Virus genome (UHGV): UHGV-0251712
Strand: one strand, 5' to 3'
DNA length: 16,144 bases
Source of the DNA: a virus
The translations under genes were made by a program, and so were the position numbers. Positions 1-6,933 of the stretch are shown in pieces (the first letter of the stretch is position 1; each line of letters begins with the position of its first letter). The notes under the pieces were generated by a model. The model did no database searches. It saw only the letters and a list, made by a program, of their open reading frames with translations, and was not told where the DNA came from.

Positions 1-463
1 CAGCCTCTATGAACTTCGCGGCGGTTTCCTGATTCAGCTCCTTCGGGATGATATGCCCACGGCACAGCGTGCTGAAATTGCTCTGCATCCGGTTACGCTC
101 CTTCGTCGTCTTGGTCAGGTAGAGGTAGCAGGTGTGCTTCAGGTACGGACGGACGGCAAAGCCGGACTGATAGAGCGTTACTTCTCGCTCATGCCCGAAG
201 GCGACACGACCTTGCAGGACATTGACCTCTCGGCGAGGGAAATGCGCATCGGCGACAACCGCCTGTGCCTGCACACCCTGTCCGACGCGGAAGACCTGAT
301 TAAAAGCGCTCATAACACATCTGTCGGCCAGAAGGCGCGCCTCTGAGTTATCCGACGGACATACCGGGAACAGTGTAATTTCCCGGCAGGAGCGAAAAAT
401 TTGAAAGGCGCATCTTACTCTTTTCGCTTTCAAAAAAAGAGTGGTCTTCGCGTCAACACACAT
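1..463 (-). CDS. hypothetical protein, N-terminal part only (gene continues past the window start); first in-frame ATG at 463-461
   Basis: Minus-strand reading frame open from 463 to position 1 (at least 154 codons) with E. coli-like codon usage (ctg/ccg/cgt/ggc rich). No family recognised. It sits about 100 bp downstream of the sbmC stop, where K-12 synteny would place yeeA, but the translation is not membrane-protein-like. An antisense plus-strand ORF (53..346, open back to position 2) also exists, so the coding strand is uncertain. Confidence 0.3.
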   Translation of the reverse strand, partial: MCVDAKTTLFLKAKRVRCAFQIFRSCREITLFPVCPSDNSEARLLADRCVMSAFNQVFRVGQGVQAQAVVADAHFPRREVNVLQGRVAFGHEREVTLYQSGFAVRPYLKHTCYLYLTKTTKERNRMQSNFSTLCRGHIIPKELNQETAAKFIEA

Positions 464-526
464 GTCCGTCGGATAACTCAGAGGCGCGCCTTCTGGCCGA
501 CAGATGTGTTATGAGCGCTTTTAATC
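298..526. repeat. 65-bp perfect inverted repeat (arms 298-362 and 462-526) with a 99-bp spacer
   Basis: The reverse complement of 298-362 (gattaaaagcgctcataacacatctgtcggccagaaggcgcgcctctgagttatccgacggacat) equals 462-526 exactly. Identity stops at both outer flanks. The left arm lies inside coding sequence on both strands. The right arm sits immediately upstream of the ATG at 463. Confidence 0.9.
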
Positions 527-545
527 TTCATTACGGAGTTTCTGC

Positions 546-687
546 GTGCGTGCCGATAAGTCATTAAGCCCGTTTGAAATCCGGGTATACCGCCATAACC
601 GCATTGTGCATGGTACTCGGGTCGCGCTGGCATTCCTGCTCACTTTTCTCATTATCCGCCTGTTTACTATCCCGGAAAGCACCTTCC
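546..687 (+). pseudogene. possible N-terminal fragment (about 46 codons, GTG start, GGAG 7 nt upstream) of an inner-membrane protein gene (yeeA-like?) running antisense into the sbmC 3' end
   Basis: The plus-frame translation [40 protein letters not shown] has a charged N-terminus followed by a clean TM helix. The minus-strand sbmC frame stops looking like a GyrI domain at the same position (about 688). The yeeA attribution rests on synteny only. Confidence 0.25.
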
Positions 688-1043
688 TGCAAGAGGCTAT
701 TAAAGAACTGATACCAGGGTTTAGCAAAATCATCACCGACTACACGAGCTACCGCCACCGCATACTGACCACCTGAAATTTCTGTCAAAATGACGCCCTC
801 ACTGTTTTCGGGAAGCGTAAAGTAACCCGGCACCGTCACGACGGTGTCGCAGCGTAATTTTTCGGCGGGTGTTTCATCTGGATTGTCGTAATAGACAGCA
901 ACCCACTCCTTCGGCACAATATTTTTGCTATCTACCCACATCATCAACTGCTCAAAGCCTTTCTTTACCGTCTGTTCCCACGGGCCAACGAGATGGAAAC
1001 CTGCAACGGTACGTTTCTCTTCCTGCTTAATCTCGTAGTTCAT
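564..1043 (-). CDS. sbmC: DNA gyrase inhibitor SbmC/GyrI (GyrI-like domain). Residues 1-118 are canonical; the last ~40 aa are aberrant (hydrophilic, lacking the terminal beta-hairpin)
   Basis: The N-terminus [47 protein letters not shown]... matches SbmC. The C-terminal [22 protein letters not shown]... does not resemble the conserved FEVYLNN...EMYV end of GyrI-like domains. It is instead the antisense of a TM-helix coding stretch. Confidence 0.75.
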   Translation of the reverse strand: MNYEIKQEEKRTVAGFHLVGPWEQTVKKGFEQLMMWVDSKNIVPKEWVAVYYDNPDETPAEKLRCDTVVTVPGYFTLPENSEGVILTEISGGQYAVAVARVVGDDFAKPWYQFFNSLLQEGAFRDSKQADNEKSEQECQRDPSTMHNAVMAVYPDFKRA

Positions 1044-1057
1044 GACGCCTCCATTAA

Positions 1058-1077
1058 TACTGTTTTTATATACAGTA
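1058..1077. promoter_or_regulatory. LexA (SOS) operator TACTGTTTTTATATACAGTA immediately upstream of sbmC
   Basis: Perfect CTGT-N8-ACAG palindrome with the TA-rich centre of the LexA box consensus, 15 bp upstream of the sbmC start. sbmC is a known SOS gene. Confidence 0.75.
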
Positions 1078-1161
1078 TAATTGCAAAATTAAAACCACAA
1101 GGAATGAGTGTTGATTATGCGAGCAGACTCGCACTCCTGCCAGTCTGCTGCAAAAGAAAGG

Positions 1162-2334
1162 TCAGGCCTTATGGTGGAAATAATCACTCAGGCGAGAAAA
1201 CATGCTGCCTTCCCCGACAGATTCCAGGGTAACCAGCGGCCAGTGCGCCACCTGTTTATCACGGTCGTAAAGTTCAATTTCCCCTACCCGCTGATGGGCG
1301 CTAATTGGCGCGGTGAGTTCTTTACCATCAAGGGTATATTTGGCTTTGATATGTGGAATTTCGGCTTTCGGTAGCACCATCCAGAACTCTTGTTCCGTTC
1401 CCAGGGCGATATTTTCTTTATCGCCATACCAGATGCGTTCCGTACCGACCTTTTTCCCACGGTGCAAAATTTGCACCGTAGTAAAGTTTTGTTGCCCCCA
1501 ACGCAGTAATTTTCTTGCCTCTTCCTCACGACCTTTTGCGCTGTCAGCACCCATTACCACTGCAATGAGACGACGCTGCCCATCTACAGCCGAAGCAATG
1601 AGATTAAACCCGGCACCAGAAGTATGACCCGTTTTCAGGCCGTCAACATTCATGGTTTTATCCCACAATAACCCGTTACGGTTTTGCTGGGTGATACCGT
1701 TCCAGGTGAGGCTTTTCTCACTGTACATATGATAAAACTCGGGCTCGCCGTGGATGATAGCACGAGAAAGCACAGCTAAATCATAAGCCGAGCTATGCTG
1801 GCCAGGTGCATCCAGACCATACACTGTTTCAAAATGCGTATCCTTGAGATGCAGCTTCTCGGCATAGTTGTTCATCATTTCAACAAACTGCCGTTGCCCA
1901 CCGGCAATATAGTCAGCCAGAGCAACACAAGCGTCATTTCCGGAATCCACAATTAAACCACGGCTTAAATCACGTACCGATACGCGATCGCCCTCTTTCA
2001 AAAACATCAGTGAAGAACCGACAAACACCGGATTATCTTTCGCCCACGCATCGCGCCCCACGGTGACAATATCGTCTGGCGTAATGCGATGACTATCGAT
2101 AGCGCGATCCACGACATAACCCGTCATCAGCTTTGTCAGGCTGGCGGGATTGCGCTGTTGATGCTCATTACCCGCGGTGAGGATCTGTCCGGTGGTGTAA
2201 TCCATCAGTACCCAGGACCCGGCATGAATCTCTGGAGGCTGAGGTGAAAAATGAATGTTTTCCGCCGCAAAACCAGACGATAAGTTAAAAACGAACAAAG
2301 AAGCAGCAATAATAAGACGGCGTTTCAACAGCAA
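1162..2334 (-). CDS. dacD: D-alanyl-D-alanine carboxypeptidase / penicillin-binding protein 6b
   Basis: 390-aa ORF with a signal peptide (MLLKRRLIIAASLFVFNLSSGFAAEN) and the SxxK (ASLTK), SGN and KTG motifs of class-C PBPs. Full-length match to E. coli DacD as remembered. The annotated start may be 2 codons downstream (MKRRL). Confidence 0.95.
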   Translation of the reverse strand: MLLKRRLIIAASLFVFNLSSGFAAENIHFSPQPPEIHAGSWVLMDYTTGQILTAGNEHQQRNPASLTKLMTGYVVDRAIDSHRITPDDIVTVGRDAWAKDNPVFVGSSLMFLKEGDRVSVRDLSRGLIVDSGNDACVALADYIAGGQRQFVEMMNNYAEKLHLKDTHFETVYGLDAPGQHSSAYDLAVLSRAIIHGEPEFYHMYSEKSLTWNGITQQNRNGLLWDKTMNVDGLKTGHTSGAGFNLIASAVDGQRRLIAVVMGADSAKGREEEARKLLRWGQQNFTTVQILHRGKKVGTERIWYGDKENIALGTEQEFWMVLPKAEIPHIKAKYTLDGKELTAPISAHQRVGEIELYDRDKQVAHWPLVTLESVGEGSMFSRLSDYFHHKA

Positions 2335-2536
2335 ACCCTCAGGAGTTTCAAATAGCTGTTCTTTTTACGGAAATACTTATGAACTGGCTGGAATAAAGTG
2401 CAAGAAAATGTGACTACCCTCGCATTTTTATCTGACATGATCTGTTGCCACTCGCTGTCAAATTGTTGCGCTAAAGCTGATTAGCACGGTGATATTTGAT
2501 ACTCTGGCAGACAGCAGAAATAACGGATTTAACCTA

Positions 2537-2599
2537 ATGATGAATGACGGTAAGCAACAATCTACCTTTTTGTTTCACGATTACGCGCAACACCCCTGA
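2537..2599 (+). pseudogene. sbcB: 5' remnant of the exonuclease I gene: MMNDGKQQSTFLFHDY (16 native codons), then junction and stop
   Basis: The translation matches the SbcB N-terminus MMNDGKQQSTFLFHDYETFG... through codon 16. From about 2585 the sequence no longer encodes ETFGTHPALD, and a TGA follows at 2597. Confidence 0.7.
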
Positions 2600-3205
2600 G
2601 AACCGCCATGAACAAGGGTTTCATGATTTGTGATTTTAGTTTGGTACGCAATTTGGTACACAACACAATTTTCACTTCAGCGGGTAGTCATCAAACTCAC
2701 CATAACGAGCATCGTTAATGATGTATGTGATCACCACAAACATCACATCTGGACTAGTTCCGCTTTCATGCGCAGGTATTTGTTCACGCCTCCCTTTCTG
2801 CAAATCATAAAGATGAGATTTTGGGGTTTTGGGATATCTTTTATCCGCAGTTCTCTATCCATTATGCAAACCAGTAATGAACCATCACCGTGTGATAGTG
2901 AGGCATCTGCCACGATAAGCGCAGAGAAATGATGCAGTGGTGGGCGGACTGGATTGATGAGAAGGTGGAGTGAACCACCTTAACCACTATCGAAGAGCAC
3001 AAAGCCTTGCAATCCAGTACAAAACTTTGTTTGTCTCATCAACTACCGCAAGTATCGATCGATGGAGCCTTGGATGATAGAATAAATTCGTAGCACTTTT
3101 TTTTAAAGTATCATCTCGCTCATGGTTACGTGATAGAAAAAGGACAAAATAATCTTAAATTTAAAAGCATATAAATCATACAAATAAAATTGTGGTGGGT
3201 GCGTA

Positions 3206-4204
3206 ATGTCTGATATTCGACAAAATAGAATAGAGTTAAATGAAGTGCATATAGCTCGCTCCATGGCTATATTTCTAGTTGTTTTACTTCATTCTTCAGG
3301 TGCTTTTTTTATGCAGTTTGGAGATCATTGGTGGATTGTTAATTTATACAGTTCTTTTTCAAGGCAGTGTATAGGTCTTTTTTTTCTTATCACTGGATAC
3401 CTATTTTATGAAAAAAACATAAACCCAACAGCACACCTAAAAAAAGGAGTGTCGAGATTGATAATACCATTCATATTTTGGTGGGTGGTATATTATATCT
3501 ACAATACAGAGATTAACAACAAATCATATAATTCTATATTTCAACCAAGTGAGGTACACCTTTGGTTTATGTATGCATATATTTGTATATATATGTTTTT
3601 ACCAATAATTTGCAACTCATTAAAACACATACCAACATATTACATTTTAATTATTGTAAGCATGCTTTTTTACTCAAATTCCATTGTCCCTGTAGTTGAT
3701 AAAACGATAATGAAGGTAACATGGTTTGATGTAAAACTAGTGTCTGAAAATGGGATATATATTCTTATTGGGGCAATAATAAGGAGATATAACGATAAAA
3801 TAAAAAAATGCAATGCAGTGATACCATTGGTGATTATTGTTATGTCGTGCCTGTTAACATCAATGGCATCTAGTTGGTGGTCTGAAATAACAGGCAGGCC
3901 TGAGCAGTTTTTCTTTAAAAATACATCTCCACTTGTATTAATATGTGTTATTTCTTCATTTACATTATGCATGTCATACTCAAAAATAATTAGCAAAAGA
4001 TTAATGAATTTATTTACATCAATATCAAATGTTTCATTTGGTATATACTTCGTCCATTTCTTTTTTGTTAGAGAAATTAGACTCGGGTATAATCAAGAAA
4101 ACGCATATTTCATGATACCATTGCTAACAATCATTTATTTTTTAATGTCATATTGCATATCAATAATTCTAAGCAAGATCCCTTTGCTTAGAAAAGTAAT
4201 ATAA
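3206..4204 (+). CDS. oac: acyltransferase-3 family integral membrane O-antigen O-acetyltransferase (Sf6 Oac-like), AT-rich serotype-conversion gene
   Basis: 332-aa polytopic membrane protein with very low GC (about 30%). The N-terminal ..IARSMAIFLVVLLHS.. motif is typical of acyltransferase_3. It lies stop-to-stop convergent with the tailspike gene, exactly as oac does next to gene 14 in Sf6. The symbol is given by context and size, not by verified sequence identity. Confidence 0.65.
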   Translation: MSDIRQNRIELNEVHIARSMAIFLVVLLHSSGAFFMQFGDHWWIVNLYSSFSRQCIGLFFLITGYLFYEKNINPTAHLKKGVSRLIIPFIFWWVVYYIYNTEINNKSYNSIFQPSEVHLWFMYAYICIYMFLPIICNSLKHIPTYYILIIVSMLFYSNSIVPVVDKTIMKVTWFDVKLVSENGIYILIGAIIRRYNDKIKKCNAVIPLVIIVMSCLLTSMASSWWSEITGRPEQFFFKNTSPLVLICVISSFTLCMSYSKIISKRLMNLFTSISNVSFGIYFVHFFFVREIRLGYNQENAYFMIPLLTIIYFLMSYCISIILSKIPLLRKVI

Positions 4205-6451
4205 TTATGGATTGTTAACCTTCCATCTTTTATCATAGTAATGCAAATATCCCTGAGACGTTAGTGTCATATGGACAATCGCTTGGGATATTTGCGCGTT
4301 CTGAAAATTAACTCTAATAAATACTTGAGTGCCAATTGTTATTTTTGATACAGATATCCCGTCAAGAGTCTTGTCTCCTTGTATTTTATTAACCCAAACA
4401 CCTGACGAAGACAAGGTTGCCTGATCCTTTCCGCTTATACTAAATATAATTTTACCTCCTGTTGCCAGTGAGGTGTTTACTCCATTTTGAGATATTGGAA
4501 TTATTGTAATTTCACCAGCAATGAAAACACCATTTTTGTATTTAGATACCTCACCTTGTTCACAAATTAAAATATCAATACATCTACCCCATGGTACTAG
4601 GATTGTTGCATTTTCAGTTTTTACTTGTGGATATACAGCTGAAACACCTGCAGATTCGAAATTTTTTGCTGATAAAACAACTCCGTCAGATCCATTTCTA
4701 AATCCCATTCCTGTATGATCACCGTATGTCCTTCCATGAGAGATGAATCCTCTTACATACTCTTCGGATACTGCGCTACCAGTGGTTTCCTTCTGAAAGA
4801 TAAATGTTTCACCAAAAGAAAAACCACGACATTGGTATTGGCTCTGATAATTTTCTGAGTTCTTAAAAAAGGAAATGCCTTTATATGCTGTTACATAGCC
4901 AGATCTAAATTGAACGGAAACAGGGGTTGTTTGTTCATCTGGAGGTAACTCCACAAAATGTGTAACATTTTGGCTGTTTGATTCCTGTAACCATACAGAA
5001 ACACCATCTATAATCATGGTTGAAAATCTACTGTTTATTTCTAACTCAGAAAAATCAAGAACATGATCACCTGTAACACCCTCAACTCCAAACCCATCAA
5101 TACTTAAAGACCTGAACTGATAGAATTTATGCGGTAACTCACAACCATCAGCTGCAATATTCATTGCGCTAGTGTACATTAATGGGTAAGGACTTATAAT
5201 TGGTTCATATGTTTCTCTATCTATTGCAGCCCCCCAAAGATACCCAACATTACAATGTCTTGCCCAGTTGGAAGAGAATGTAGTAGATGTGCCAGCCAAA
5301 CCGAAACCATAGATACAATCATATGCTTGGTTGTTTGTAACATTACTGACAAAGCATGATAAGGGAAGTGCAAATTTATAATGTAGAAATATGTTATTTT
5401 TAATATCATATTCACTACCCCCGCCAAAGGTTTGTGTTTGACCAGAAATGGCCAATGGGCTACCTGAATATTCATCGTCAGCGTTGCGAAAACACATATT
5501 CTTTACTTTAAGATTGTGCCCCCAACTTCCCATAACAAAACCACCACTTCCTGATGTATAAACAATACTTTTTTGTGGATTAATCCCATATAGATTTAGA
5601 CTAATCCCTTCCCATCTAAACTGGCTAATGTCAATTTGAGTGTTACCAATATATATAGGCTGGTCTATGAAAACAGGAAGTTTAGTTAGATAAGCTTTAT
5701 TAAGTGCTAATCCATCATTTGTTACACCTGTTAAATCAACGCCCCCCATGCTTGGCGCTCTAGGATACCCTGTGGCCTGAATAGTACTCCAGTCAATATA
5801 TGGAGCATCCATCCACGCTCCAAACATACGTGGTGTTACGTACCCCTTACCTTGAAGATCACGTTTCCAGCGTTTACCACCCACAGTGACAATGACCATG
5901 CCGTTATCATCTGCAGAAGTAGAATCTGTGAAATCGGCCACAAACAGACCACCACCAGTATCACCTGATACTGTCGGCTTCATGCCTGTAGTGTGGAAGT
6001 CGACGAAAATCTTTTGCTGATCTCGCTCAGGCTCAATTGTCCTTAACATTGCTATATCAGGGCATGTCCCGATGTATTTAAGACCGTCTTCCCCTGATAG
6101 AGATACTTTAAGCTGATCAGGATCATATTTAAGAACATTCGGAAAATAGAACTGCTGTGCACCATATGCATCATAAACAGCCATAGAATGGCCTTGCACA
6201 GTTACGAACTTGGCAATCTGTCCGTTATATACCGGATATCCAGCAGCGTTAATGATGATTGGTTGCGAAACAGGAACGCGAGAACCGTCTTCATTCTCCA
6301 CATAAACCTGAATCTGGTTTTCAGGATTTACCGGGTCAGTGTCAATTTTACCGATATAAATTTTGCCATTGGCTACGGCTTTAAAAGAACGAGCCATAGT
6401 GAAGAGTTGCGAAGGCATGCTTACCACAACATTTGCGGTGATATCTGACAT
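4205..6451 (-). CDS. tailspike protein: Sf6/HK620-type N-terminal head-binding domain fused to a distinct (unidentified) receptor-binding/depolymerase domain
   Basis: Residues 1-115 ([56 protein letters not shown]...VLKYDPDQ) are about 95% identical to the Sf6/HK620 tailspike N-domain and about 70% to P22 gp9. The true start is the second ATG (6451), which has a GGAG 7 nt upstream. The remaining ~630 aa do not match the Sf6 or P22 catalytic domains as remembered. Confidence 0.85.
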   Translation of the reverse strand: MSDITANVVVSMPSQLFTMARSFKAVANGKIYIGKIDTDPVNPENQIQVYVENEDGSRVPVSQPIIINAAGYPVYNGQIAKFVTVQGHSMAVYDAYGAQQFYFPNVLKYDPDQLKVSLSGEDGLKYIGTCPDIAMLRTIEPERDQQKIFVDFHTTGMKPTVSGDTGGGLFVADFTDSTSADDNGMVIVTVGGKRWKRDLQGKGYVTPRMFGAWMDAPYIDWSTIQATGYPRAPSMGGVDLTGVTNDGLALNKAYLTKLPVFIDQPIYIGNTQIDISQFRWEGISLNLYGINPQKSIVYTSGSGGFVMGSWGHNLKVKNMCFRNADDEYSGSPLAISGQTQTFGGGSEYDIKNNIFLHYKFALPLSCFVSNVTNNQAYDCIYGFGLAGTSTTFSSNWARHCNVGYLWGAAIDRETYEPIISPYPLMYTSAMNIAADGCELPHKFYQFRSLSIDGFGVEGVTGDHVLDFSELEINSRFSTMIIDGVSVWLQESNSQNVTHFVELPPDEQTTPVSVQFRSGYVTAYKGISFFKNSENYQSQYQCRGFSFGETFIFQKETTGSAVSEEYVRGFISHGRTYGDHTGMGFRNGSDGVVLSAKNFESAGVSAVYPQVKTENATILVPWGRCIDILICEQGEVSKYKNGVFIAGEITIIPISQNGVNTSLATGGKIIFSISGKDQATLSSSGVWVNKIQGDKTLDGISVSKITIGTQVFIRVNFQNAQISQAIVHMTLTSQGYLHYYDKRWKVNNP

Positions 6452-6572
6452 TTCATTGCTCCAGACGAATGATATGATGCAACCATGATGTGATTGCATA
6501 CCGAAATGGTACTATTGAGTATTTATCCAGTAGGTTACGATGCCATTCCACCCAACTGGTGAGGCATCAAGG

Positions 6573-6833
6573 ATGTACAGCAAATACGACGAGGCGCAGT
6601 TTCACTTGAGACTTCCGCATGAACTCCACGCGAAAATTAAGCAGCGTGCGAAGATGAATAACAGGTCGCTGAACTCAGAGATAATTGCAGCGATTGAAGA
6701 ATCATTGGCTAAACAAAGCTCTGCATCTGTTTACATTGACGATGCAGAGCGTATGGCAGAACAACAATCTGATATGGTTAAGAAAATTGTCTTTGATACG
6801 CTCAAGGAGCTATATAAAAAAGACAGCAGCTAA
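6573..6833 (+). CDS. mnt: Mnt-like ribbon-helix-helix repressor (P22 immI maintenance-of-lysogeny repressor family)
   Basis: C-terminal ..DDAERMAEQQSDMVKKIVFDTLKELYKKDSS matches P22 Mnt ..NDAERLADEQSELVKKMVFDTLKDLYKKTT. The N-terminal RHH region FHLRLPHELHAKIKQRAKMNNRSLNSEI matches FNFRMPMEVREKLKFRAEANGRSMNSEL. The start is chosen at the ATG aligning with the P22 Mnt N-terminus. Confidence 0.8.
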   Translation: MYSKYDEAQFHLRLPHELHAKIKQRAKMNNRSLNSEIIAAIEESLAKQSSASVYIDDAERMAEQQSDMVKKIVFDTLKELYKKDSS

Positions 6834-6852
6834 CCATCAGTTACGGAGGATT

Positions 6853-6933
6853 TATGCAAAGAGATATGCTGAACATTGCGTTCTACATATTTGGTTTTTG
6901 CACGTTCCTGGTGTTTGCGAAGCTATTCTGACA
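6853..6933 (+). CDS. possible 26-aa hydrophobic peptide MQRDMLNIAFYIFGFCTFLVFAKLF, overlapping the 3' end of the convergent ejection-protein gene
   Basis: ATG preceded by GGAGGA (4-5 nt spacer) directly after the mnt stop. The whole peptide is one TM-like helix. There is no other support. Confidence 0.15.

Noticed and set aside
53-346. 97-aa plus-strand ORF (open upstream to position 2) overlapping the left inverted-repeat arm
   Set aside because: It is fully antisense to a longer minus-strand frame (1..463) with equally good codon usage. No family is recognised for either and the strand cannot be decided, so it is kept only as a note under the minus-strand call.
521-776. ORFs 521..736 (-) and the full 546..776 (+) stretch overlapping the sbmC 3' end
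   Set aside because: The minus ORF is an alternative frame across the junction. The plus ORF beyond about 687 is simply antisense of genuine sbmC coding sequence; only its first ~46 codons are considered meaningful.
993-1627. Small plus- and minus-strand ORFs (993..1232, 1108..1374, 1284..1550, 1313..1627) inside or opposite dacD and its upstream region
   Set aside because: They lie entirely within the well-supported dacD reading frame or its antisense. No RBS or homology.
2630-2932. 100-aa ORF in the junction DNA between the sbcB remnant and oac
   Set aside because: Low-complexity, W/F/I-rich translation with no RBS, in AT-rich non-coding-looking DNA. More likely att-proximal spacer DNA.
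3670-6448. Antisense or internal ORFs within oac and the tailspike (3670..3996, 4521..4718, 5221..5475, 6188..6448)
   Set aside because: They are embedded in strongly supported genes on the opposite strand. Their translations are junk-like.
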